Source of the DNA: a virus
Direction: 5' to 3' (one strand)
Length of the DNA: 40,361 nt
IMG/VR virus record: IMGVR_UViG_3300045988_017739
Location: 1-40,361 of that record
The stretch's first letter is position 1. The number at the start of each line of letters is the position of its first letter. The translations under genes and the position numbers were made by a program. The notes below the pieces were generated by a model. That model was given only the letters and a program-made list of their open reading frames with translations. It did no database searches and was not told the origin of the DNA. Of this stretch, positions 34,691 through 40,361 are shown in pieces.

Positions 34691-34797
34691 TTATAGTTGG
34701 ATAAAATCAGTAGTGACTTTATAAGGCTACTAATAGCCCTATAAAGCCGCTAAAACGCAGGAAAAGCGACCCGGTAGCCCTGTAAATATAATGTACT

Positions 34798-34825
34798 GGT
34801 TGTTCGAATCCACCCGCGCCCACCA
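34798..34825 (+). other. tRNA 3' fragment (T-arm, acceptor 3' strand and CCA) = probable attP core
   Basis: GGTTG-TTCGAAT-CCACC-CGCGCCC-A-CCA is a canonical T-loop with one mismatch in the T-stem. No matching 5' acceptor strand (GGGCGCG), D arm or anticodon arm lies upstream. Confidence 0.65.
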
Positions 34826-34830
34826 AGATA

Positions 34831-34869
34831 AAACACCTAGAAACGTGAGCTTCTGGGTGTTTTTCTTTT
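34831..34869 (+). terminator. Rho-independent terminator after the tRNA fragment and int
   Basis: ACACCTAGAA-acgtgagc-TTCTGGGTGT, then TTTTCTTTTATT. Its single wobble is U-G only on the plus-strand transcript. Confidence 0.65.
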
Positions 34870-34874
34870 ATTGT

Positions 34875-34896
34875 AACCCACTATCAAACCCACTAT
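34875..34896 (+). repeat. Candidate integrase arm-type sites, right pair (AACCCACTAT x2)
   Basis: AACCCACTAT at 34875..34884 and 34887..34896, in the same orientation as the left pair. Confidence 0.45.
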
Positions 34897-34913
34897 TTTC
34901 TCTAAAAAAAAAT

Positions 34914-34949
34914 AAGGGCCGCAGCCCTGTGGTGGGAGCTGCGGCCCTT
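34914..34949 (-). terminator. Terminator hairpin downstream of the lysis cassette
   Basis: AAGGGCCGCAGC (34914..34925) pairs with GCTGCGGCCCTT (34938..34949), a 12-bp perfect stem. The A-run on the plus side gives a U-run on the minus transcript. Confidence 0.7.
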
Positions 34950-34953
34950 GCTA

Positions 34954-35220
34954 TTACTTGCCCTGCGCCTTCAGGCGGTCAAAGGTCTTGTCCGCTTCCA
35001 GTGCGGCGGCGGTGAAAGAGTTATTCTTCCACCACGCCACCAGCGCGGTCACGGTCGTGATCCCCGCCGTGACCAACTGCTCCACGGTGGCGCTCTCGAT
35101 GGGCAGCACGGGCTTGCCCAAAGCGCTGAGCACCTGATTGGTCAGTGCCAGCAGCAGGCAGGCGGTACGGGCGATGGTGCCTGCAGAGATAGTGGGTGCG
35201 TTGTAAGTAGTTGCCTTCAT
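34954..35220 (-). CDS. Holin (phi LC3 / Dp-1-like family, tentative)
   Basis: 88 aa with two hydrophobic segments and ...ALVAWWKNNSFTAAALEA..., typical of small Firmicutes phage holins. It is the last gene of the lysis block. Confidence 0.6.
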   Translation of the reverse strand: MKATTYNAPTISAGTIARTACLLLALTNQVLSALGKPVLPIESATVEQLVTAGITTVTALVAWWKNNSFTAAALEADKTFDRLKAQGK

Positions 35221-35237
35221 GTTTATGGTTCCTTTCT

Positions 35238-35564
35238 TCAGTTGATAATAGCGCGGATCCCGCGCTTTGCGACAAACTCCCGCTGCTGGTGTTTCACGGC
35301 AGCGGCGTAATCTAGGGCGGCGTGCATATCGCCGTTGCAGTGGGCGTCCGGGATGCGCTGCACGGCTCGGGCAGTGGCCTCGCCCAGCGCAATGGCTGCA
35401 AGGGAACTTTCGTACAGGTGGGTTTCGAATTCCTCACGGGCTTTCTCTGCCGCCTCCTGCTGCTTTTCCCGGCGTTCGATGCGCCGCTCAAGCATCCAGA
35501 TGTAGAAGCTTAGCACGCTGGTTGGAATGCCAGCGGCTACGATCACAGACCACACTGGAATCAC
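35238..35564 (-). CDS. Membrane-anchored lysis-cassette protein (possible second holin or accessory)
   Basis: 108 aa with an N-terminal TM segment (IPVWSVIVAAGIPTSVLSFYIWML) followed by a helical soluble part. GTGA overlap with the upstream gene. Confidence 0.4.
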   Translation of the reverse strand: MIPVWSVIVAAGIPTSVLSFYIWMLERRIERREKQQEAAEKAREEFETHLYESSLAAIALGEATARAVQRIPDAHCNGDMHAALDYAAAVKHQQREFVAKRGIRAIIN

Positions 35565-35842
35565 CCCTCCCCCAGATCATCGTCATCCTCTTCGGCGTCC
35601 TCCCAAGCCTGCTGGATCAGCGGGCCATTGGCGCAGATCGCGTCCATGGTGGCGTCTGCCTGAATGTTGGTCGCCACCAGAGCCTTGTCCATGATACTCA
35701 TGTCAAAGTAACCGGTAAAGACCTTGCTGCCGGGCATAGGTGCTGCTACGGCGATCTTGGTGACCTTGTGCTCCTCCAGCGTAGCGAGTACGTCAGAGAG
35801 CCAAGCCGCATAGGGTGCATCAGAAATCAAACAGCTTGCCAT
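35561..35842 (-). CDS. Hypothetical acidic protein
   Basis: 93 aa starting MASCLISD at ATG 35842, after AAGGAGG. The C-terminus is EDAEEDDDDLGEG. Confidence 0.5.
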   Translation of the reverse strand: MASCLISDAPYAAWLSDVLATLEEHKVTKIAVAAPMPGSKVFTGYFDMSIMDKALVATNIQADATMDAICANGPLIQQAWEDAEEDDDDLGEG

Positions 35843-35855
35843 GTAGCTATCCTCC

Positions 35856-36275
35856 TTACAGCGCCCACCGGCTCTTGTTGGGCCGGGTGTCGATGTGTAC
35901 CCATCCGGTCTTACGGCTGGGGTGCGCTGCGTCCTTCGGGTAGCGCCCGATGCCGCCACGCCCGGGCAGCAGCTTCTCAGCGTAGTCGGCTACGGTAGCT
36001 ACCGGTACACCCTCCACCCAGAAGTCTGCGGCTCTGCCCTGAATGTGCTGGCTGGTTTTGCTTGCACCCGGCAGTGTAGCGTTATACGCTGCCGTGCGGT
36101 AGCCGCTGGTGATGTGCACCTTTGCGCCGAAGTGCTCCCGGATGCACTGCAGCAGCACCACCAGCTCGTCATCAATCAGGATGGTGTCAGCCGCCCGGCA
36201 GGCGAACTCTTTCACCTGAAAGCAGGGCGCCAGATAGGTTTTACCGTGCTGCTTCAGGCTGTACGTTCTGATCAT
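35856..36275 (-). CDS. Endolysin, peptidase M15 (zinc D,D- or L,D-peptidase) family
   Basis: 139 aa. ...ITSGYRTAAYN...SQHIQGRAADF...WVHIDTR... matches the H-x6-D...H zinc site of the M15 family. Confidence 0.75.
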   Translation of the reverse strand: MIRTYSLKQHGKTYLAPCFQVKEFACRAADTILIDDELVVLLQCIREHFGAKVHITSGYRTAAYNATLPGASKTSQHIQGRAADFWVEGVPVATVADYAEKLLPGRGGIGRYPKDAAHPSRKTGWVHIDTRPNKSRWAL

Positions 36276-36418
36276 AGTTGTTTTCTCCCTTCAGGATTCT
36301 GCAGCCCTGCGCGCTGCAGCTTGCTACAAGAGTGGCAAACCGGCTGCGGGCGGTGCTCGTGTCCGCGCCCAGTGTCTCCAGCTGCGTCAGCAGCTCCTCA
36401 CACAGGGCAGGCCAGCAA

Positions 36419-36571
36419 TCAGGCCACATACTTCTCGCCGGTGATCTCCTCATACTCGGCGGCGGTGATGCGGCCTGTTTTGCAGGCTTTCTTTACAGTG
36501 GTTTTGCGCCAGATATGGTGATCGTAGTAGAACTTGATGTCATTAAATTTCTTGCTGTGTTCGGTTTCCAT
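36419..36571 (-). CDS. XkdX-family small protein
   Basis: 50 aa: METEHSKKFNDIKFYYDHHIWRKTTVKKACKTGRITAAEYEEITGEKYVA. The ...ITxxEYxxITGE motif is characteristic. Under 60 aa, so absent from the ORF track. Confidence 0.6.
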   Translation of the reverse strand: METEHSKKFNDIKFYYDHHIWRKTTVKKACKTGRITAAEYEEITGEKYVA

Positions 36572-36572
36572 G

Positions 36573-36905
36573 TTACATATCCTCCAAATTCACATCCGTA
36601 CTCATGGCGAGGTAGTCCAGCTGGGCCTGCACTCTGGCGCGGAAAATCTCGGCCTCGGACAACTCGCGCAAGACGAACCACCAGCGACCGTCCGGGGTGA
36701 CAGAGCCGGGCAGGATCTGTACCAGCTCCGCGTTGGTCATCGTGTAGCTCCGCTTGCCATCGGTACAGGTTACGCTGGCCAGCTTGCCCTCGAACTGGGC
36801 TGCGGTCAGCTCCTTGTCGGAGCAGAAGTTGTTGCCGTTGAGGGTCAGGCTGCTGATTTTGGAGCCATCAGCCAGCGTAACCTCCCATAACCTTTTTTCT
36901 TCCAT
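36573..36905 (-). CDS. Hypothetical tail-fibre-associated protein (XkdW-like position)
   Basis: 110 aa starting MEEKRLWEVTLADGSKISSLTLNGNNF at ATG 36905. The C-terminus is ...RARVQAQLDYLAMSTDVNLEDM. It overlaps the RT 3' end by 61 nt. Confidence 0.5.
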   Translation of the reverse strand: MEEKRLWEVTLADGSKISSLTLNGNNFCSDKELTAAQFEGKLASVTCTDGKRSYTMTNAELVQILPGSVTPDGRWWFVLRELSEAEIFRARVQAQLDYLAMSTDVNLEDM

Positions 36906-38074
36906 GTTGGGTCCTTTCCGAACAGCTCTCTGTACAGGCTGCTCATGTGCTGGATCTGCTGCCGGGACATATACCGGTAGTGGGCGCAGATCCATGACTT
37001 ATAAGCGTTCTCTATCTCTTGGCAGGTGATTCTCCCGACATCCAGTAGCCGCTTGTATGCTTTGAGTTTGCGCCGCTCGCGGGTGATCGACTTGGGATTG
37101 ATCCGGCGTGTGATCGTGCCGTCCTCCTTCAGGGAATAACACACCTGCAGGTGCCGGTACTCATCGGACAACCGGCAGATCCGGGTCTTGTGCTCGTTGA
37201 GGATAAGGCCCTGCGCCTTGCAGAGTGCCCGGACGGTGTCCAGCAGATCTACAAGGGTCTGCTTGTCCTTGCTGAGGGCGTAAAAATCATCTGAATACCG
37301 GCCATGCTCCGGGATGCCGCAAACAATCTTGATGTAATTATCAATCGGCAGCGGCAGGAAGATCCCGGCGTTCTGGGATACCTGATTCCCGATGTCAGCG
37401 CCCTTGCGCAGCATCTTCTCGCCGGTCAGGGCGGTCGCTGGTACGCCGCAGTTGAGCGTTGGGCTGACCTTGGTTTGATACATCCGGGCGATCTCCTTGT
37501 CGGAGAAGCGGGACACATCCAGCTCAAACGTCTGGAACGTACCGCGCAGATGCCCGTTGACCTCGGCCAACTCGGCAGGATCGGTGATCTCACGGGCAAG
37601 ATACCGGTCAAACTGATCAAGGCAGATGTCGTGATGGATGTTCGGGTAATAGCCGGAGAAATCGGCAAAGAGGCCAAAGCCTTCATTGGTGCCCTCCCGT
37701 TCGTAATACCGCCGCAGATGGATCTCAAACCGCCTGCGTTCAAGGTCAACACCTTTGCCCACCTGAGAGGCCGTGTTGTCGTACTGCAAATACTTCTGCA
37801 ACAAAGGGGTCAGGTACTCGTCACAGGTAACGTGATTCACCGCTTTGTCCCTTGTGGCGGCGCTGGTGATATACCGCTCGTGCCCGCGTTCCCGGATGGT
37901 AAAGCGGGTGCCCACCTTCGGGGTGTAGGTTCCGTTCTGGAGATCCTTCTGCAGCTTTGCTGTTTCCCTCAGCTTGTTGATCTCAAACAACTGCGTGTTG
38001 TACTTGAACTTTGAGCCCTTCATGGCCTTGGAACCGGCGTGGTATAAAATATTTGCGTCAGTGTATTTGCTCAT
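36845..38074 (-). CDS. DGR reverse transcriptase
   Basis: 409 aa. It carries the RT motifs, including ...GADIGNQVSQNAG... (the DGR-typical [I/L]GxxxSQ) and the catalytic RYSDDF (YxDD). It lies immediately downstream of a TR with a cognate VR. Confidence 0.9.
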   Translation of the reverse strand: MSKYTDANILYHAGSKAMKGSKFKYNTQLFEINKLRETAKLQKDLQNGTYTPKVGTRFTIRERGHERYITSAATRDKAVNHVTCDEYLTPLLQKYLQYDNTASQVGKGVDLERRRFEIHLRRYYEREGTNEGFGLFADFSGYYPNIHHDICLDQFDRYLAREITDPAELAEVNGHLRGTFQTFELDVSRFSDKEIARMYQTKVSPTLNCGVPATALTGEKMLRKGADIGNQVSQNAGIFLPLPIDNYIKIVCGIPEHGRYSDDFYALSKDKQTLVDLLDTVRALCKAQGLILNEHKTRICRLSDEYRHLQVCYSLKEDGTITRRINPKSITRERRKLKAYKRLLDVGRITCQEIENAYKSWICAHYRYMSRQQIQHMSSLYRELFGKDPTWKKKGYGRLRWLMAPKSAA

Positions 38075-38252
38075 TGCTTCTTACTAAAATTCCGCGTAAA
38101 AACAGCACAATAGGTTCATCAGTCGTAACCGGAGCCGTCACTGTTGACACCCACACAGGGGTATTTATCATGGGTCTACCATGAAAGGACAGTCTTTCCT
38201 TTCGCAGAGCTTCAAGGGGTCAAACCCCTATCGCGGGGAAGTTGCGAAATCA
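38075..38252 (-). ncRNA. DGR RNA spacer region between TR and RT (structured)
   Basis: Hairpins AGGGGT-caa-ACCCCT (38215..38229) and GAAAGGA-cagtctt-TCCTTTC (38183..38203). No ORF. The position corresponds to the Sp segment of DGR RNAs. Confidence 0.5.
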
Positions 38253-38927
38253 ACCCCCGACCGGACGCACGCCGTTGACATTGGAGGCGTTGTTGTAGTT
38301 GGCATTGCCATTGTTGTTGGCGTTGCCAAAATACGTGGCCGAAATAGTATGCAAAAACTGCCCTAATTCAGTAACTAAGGACTGAAGAGAAGATTCATCA
38401 TCAAACTTGCCGAAGCGCTTTTTGTCAGAGGCGCGCAGGCTCTTGGTGCAGGCTATGATCGTTTCGATCTGCAGCGCCAGCTCTGTATAGCGGTTGATGT
38501 TTACCGGGAGCGATTCCACAATATATTGCAGTTCATCGTGCAGCTGCCAGCTGGCAGAGATCGCATAATCCAGCTCTACCCGGCGGGCGTGATACTCGTC
38601 CGCGCAGGTGGGCCAGATGGAATTTGCGGCTCTCAGCCGCAGCGGGATCTGCCGGAACAGATCCAGCACACGATCACTTTCCCGGTCAATCATCCGGTGC
38701 ACAAAGGCGGTCTCCTCGTCCCTGATCCGCTGGATCTCGGCATCATACTCCGGCCCATAAGGCAGGGTAACGGTGCGGATCCGCTGCGCAATCCGGGCTT
38801 CCATCTTCTGCTTGCTCAACCCCAAAGAGCGGGACAGCAGATCCGTCAGGCTACGGCCAAGAGCCAAAGCCAGATGGTGGGCTTCCAGCCGGGACGGCTT
38901 GCGCTGACTTACAGGGACAGAGGACAT
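38250..38927 (-). CDS. avd: Avd-like DGR accessory protein. The ORF reads through TR.
   Basis: ATG 38927 (MSSVPVSQRK...) after GAGAAGG. The protein is helical and basic and lies between the target gene and TR, as avd does in BPP-1. The frame stays open through TR, ending ...ATYFGNANNNGNANYNNASNVNGVRPVGG. Confidence 0.55.
   Translation of the reverse strand: MSSVPVSQRKPSRLEAHHLALALGRSLTDLLSRSLGLSKQKMEARIAQRIRTVTLPYGPEYDAEIQRIRDEETAFVHRMIDRESDRVLDLFRQIPLRLRAANSIWPTCADEYHARRVELDYAISASWQLHDELQYIVESLPVNINRYTELALQIETIIACTKSLRASDKKRFGKFDDESSLQSLVTELGQFLHTISATYFGNANNNGNANYNNASNVNGVRPVGG
38253..38346 (-). repeat. DGR template repeat (TR)
   Basis: The 94-nt TR matches VR at 84 of 94 positions. Every mismatch is at a plus-strand T, which is an A on the coding strand. 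The region is rich in AAC/AAT codons. Confidence 0.9.
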
Positions 38928-38953
38928 AGAAAAACCTTCTCTCTTACTCACTC

Positions 38954-38976
38954 CCGGCGCGGACAAGCCGCGCCGG
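38954..38976 (-). promoter_or_regulatory. GC hairpin/cruciform just 3' of VR (DGR retrohoming-associated structure and/or terminator)
   Basis: CCGGCGCGG-acaag-CCGCGCCGG, a 9-bp perfect stem located 9 nt after the target gene stop codon. Confidence 0.55.
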
Positions 38977-38984
38977 ATTCAGGA

Positions 38985-39869
38985 TTAACAGATACCCCCG
39001 ACCGGACGCACGCCGCCGACATTGGAGGCGCCGTTGTAGTCGGCATTGCCATAGCTGTTGGCGATGCCAAAAAACGTGGCCGAAACAACGTCACGCAGCC
39101 AGCACCAGTAGGAGCGGGTAAAACTGTACTGCGGTGCGAGCCGGAACAGCGGCAGCTGCGACTTACAGACTGTGTAGTTCTGCGGGATGGTGCTGCCGTC
39201 AGACGCAGGAGCAAAGATATGGCTGCCGTACATCATGTTTTCGTTGGGCAGCTCGATGGTGCTGTCAAACCATGCGCCACCGGACGGCTTGCCGTTGCTG
39301 ACCGCGTTGACCAGCCACTCACGGTGGTTCAGGATGTGCGCCGCGCCAAAGGCGTTTGCAAAGGTCTGCTTTGCCTGATCCAGACTGGTCTTGTACATCT
39401 GAGAGCCGGCATAGCCGCCCTCGGAGGTGTTGGTCTCGTTCATGGCTGCGGTGTACAAATGGTTCTGCGGGATGACCACGACATGATGCTTGGTGCAAGG
39501 CGTGTCGCCGGTGTTCAGCCAGTAGTCAAAGCCCGCGATCAGGTAGTTTACGCCGCCGATAGACCAGTAATCGCCCAGATACAGATCCTGAAACGTGCCT
39601 GCGCTGATCTGCGCGGCCTGTGCAGACGTCAGACTGCCGCCCAGATTCTTGCCGCGGAACGTGGCGTTATGCGCGCCTGCGCCGTTGGGCACCATAATGC
39701 GGAGCATGGTGTCCTGCGCCATATCCGGGTTTACGATGCTCAGATCAGACAGGATCTTTGCCAGCGTTGCGCGCTGGGTGCTGTTGCCCTGCACAAGCAG
39801 CTGATCCGTCTTGGATACAGTGCCTGCAACAGGAAGCTGTGTGATAGGAATACGAGTGTCGCCTGCCAT
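38985..39869 (-). CDS. DGR target protein (Mtd-like receptor-binding / tail-fibre tip protein with a C-terminal variable region)
   Basis: 294 aa with RBS AAGGAGG overlapping the tail-fibre stop. The C-terminus ...YWCWLRDVVSATFFGIANSYGNADYNGASNVGGVRPVGGIC carries VR. This kind of C-terminus is typical of C-type-lectin-fold DGR targets. Confidence 0.8.
   Translation of the reverse strand: MAGDTRIPITQLPVAGTVSKTDQLLVQGNSTQRATLAKILSDLSIVNPDMAQDTMLRIMVPNGAGAHNATFRGKNLGGSLTSAQAAQISAGTFQDLYLGDYWSIGGVNYLIAGFDYWLNTGDTPCTKHHVVVIPQNHLYTAAMNETNTSEGGYAGSQMYKTSLDQAKQTFANAFGAAHILNHREWLVNAVSNGKPSGGAWFDSTIELPNENMMYGSHIFAPASDGSTIPQNYTVCKSQLPLFRLAPQYSFTRSYWCWLRDVVSATFFGIANSYGNADYNGASNVGGVRPVGGIC
38994..39087 (-). 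repeat. DGR variable repeat (VR)
   Basis: Counterpart of TR, offset +741 nt. Substitutions fall at VR positions 39016, 39017, 39031, 39032, 39041, 39053, 39055, 39064, 39073 and 39086. Confidence 0.9.
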
Positions 39870-39881
39870 AAAGTAACCTCC

Positions 39882-40361
39882 TTAGGCAAATTGGATTTTT
39901 CGGGTAGCGAGAAGTGCGGATCCGTCAGAAGCGCACAAAAGGGAGCCATCGGTCAGGGTGACATGATACTGCACCTCGCCGGTGATCAGCATATTGTGTA
40001 GCCATGCCATCATATCGCCGGATGCTTTTGCATCAGCGGGGGCGCTGTCCATGGACAGGGTTTTGTCCGTGCCCGCCTTCGTGCCGGCTTCTGCTGCAGC
40101 CTTCTTTGCCGCGGCTTCGCTGGCAGCTGCCGCACTTTGCGAGGCTGCCGCTGCCTTCTGGCTGGATGCTGCTGCGCTGGCACTCCCGGACGCGCTGGAC
40201 GCACTGGAGGCTGCTGCGCTCTGGCTGTCTGCAGCTGCCTTCTGACTGGATGCTGCGGCGCTGGCACTGTTGGCGGCCGCGCTCTGGCTTCTGGATGCTG
40301 CATTGGCACTGTTGGCAGCGGCGCTCTGGCTGGCTGCTGCCGCCCTCTGGCTGGCTGCTGC
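39882..40361 (-). CDS. Tail fibre protein, 3' part (continuation of 617..1 across the circular junction)
   Basis: The frame is open from the window end to TAA (rc of 39882..39884). My translation is AAASQRAAAASQSAAANSANAASRSQSAAANSASAAASSQKAAADSQSAAASS...AAKKAAAEAGTKAGTDKTLSMDSAPADAKASGDMMAWLHNMLITGEVQYHVTLTDGSLLCASDGSALLATRKIQFA. It is in phase with the left-edge ORF once the 38-nt overlap is collapsed, giving 1,059 nt or 352 aa in total. Confidence 0.75.
   Translation of the reverse strand, partial: AAASQRAAAASQSAAANSANAASRSQSAAANSASAAASSQKAAADSQSAAASSASSASGSASAAASSQKAAAASQSAAAASEAAAKKAAAEAGTKAGTDKTLSMDSAPADAKASGDMMAWLHNMLITGEVQYHVTLTDGSLLCASDGSALLATRKIQFA

Larger units (their letters stand above)
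1..40361. mobile_element. Complete temperate siphovirus-type phage genome, apparently circularly closed (38-nt terminal overlap, unique length about 40,323 bp)
   Basis: Contiguous lysogeny, replication, packaging, head, tail, DGR and lysis modules. Positions 1..38 equal 40324..40361 exactly. The integrase lies next to an att-like tRNA fragment that has phage genes on both sides (attP configuration). Confidence 0.85.

Noticed and set aside
34740-34825. A complete tRNA gene next to the integrase
   Set aside because: Only the T-arm, the acceptor 3' strand and CCA are present. No complementary 5' acceptor strand, D arm or anticodon arm can be folded from the upstream 70 nt, and the T-stem has a mismatch. 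It is treated as an attP core fragment.
36241-36453. 70-aa minus-strand ORF between XkdX and the endolysin
   Set aside because: Its upstream part overlaps the XkdX gene and its downstream part overlaps the endolysin start and RBS. A shorter MWPDCW... version of about 62 aa is possible but has no RBS and no recognisable features, so it is left unannotated.
36845-38074. The RT as a retron, group II intron or Abi-type RT
   Set aside because: There is no intron RNA domain or maturase/endonuclease extension, and no msr/msd-like inverted repeats. An adjacent TR/VR pair with adenine-only differences and the IGNQVSQ motif indicate a DGR RT.
40010-40309. 99-aa minus-strand ORF (MPMQHPEARARPP...) listed in the ORF track within the repeat tract
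   Set aside because: It is the wrong frame of the Ala/Ser/Gln repeat region. The frame that is open to the window edge and ends at 39882 joins the left-edge tail-fibre ORF and has a sensible C-terminal domain.
1-40361. rRNA genes, transposases or IS elements, toxin-antitoxin pairs, restriction-modification or methyltransferase genes
   Set aside because: None could be supported from the translations or from nucleotide patterns in this window.

Overview
The window is one complete temperate siphovirus-type phage genome. It is GC-rich, uses Gram-positive-style GGAGG ribosome-binding sites, and carries most genes on the minus strand. The first 38 nt (1..38) are identical to the last 38 nt (40324..40361). 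A tail-fibre ORF reads in frame across that junction, so the sequence appears circularly closed with about 40,323 bp of unique sequence.

Gene order, following minus-strand transcription from high to low coordinates and wrapping across the junction:
- Lysogeny switch: cro-like gene leftward at 31.9 kb; cI-like S24 repressor, a membrane protein and the integrase rightward at 32.1-34.7 kb.
- Replication module at 23.3-31.4 kb: DUF2800 nuclease, DUF2815 SSB-like protein, family A DNA polymerase and a primase-helicase.
- VRR-NUC, SNF2 helicase and ParB/DUF4417 at 19.8-22.9 kb.
- Terminase, portal and MuF-like protein at 14.1-18.6 kb.
- An opposite-strand accessory island at 12.0-14.0 kb.
- Scaffold, capsid, head-tail, tail and tape-measure genes at 0.6-11.6 kb.
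- The wrap-around tail fibre, followed by a DGR cassette at 36.8-39.9 kb.
- XkdX, endolysin and holin genes at 34.95-36.6 kb.
- An attP region with a tRNA 3' fragment at 34.7-34.95 kb.

Most notable observations:
1. A complete diversity-generating retroelement. Its 94-nt TR and VR differ only at TR adenines. It targets the C-terminus of a small protein encoded directly after the tail fibre.
2. A structured intergenic element present in three dispersed copies, all in the same orientation. Each copy has inverted arrays of TGTCAAC/GTTGACA heptamers around a conserved hairpin plus pyrimidine-tract core. No annotated feature type explains it.
3. A more AT-rich five-gene island on the opposite strand. 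It has its own XRE regulator and GCAC-N8-GTGC operators, and splits the head-morphogenesis genes.

All functional calls come from reading motifs in the translations. No database search was possible.
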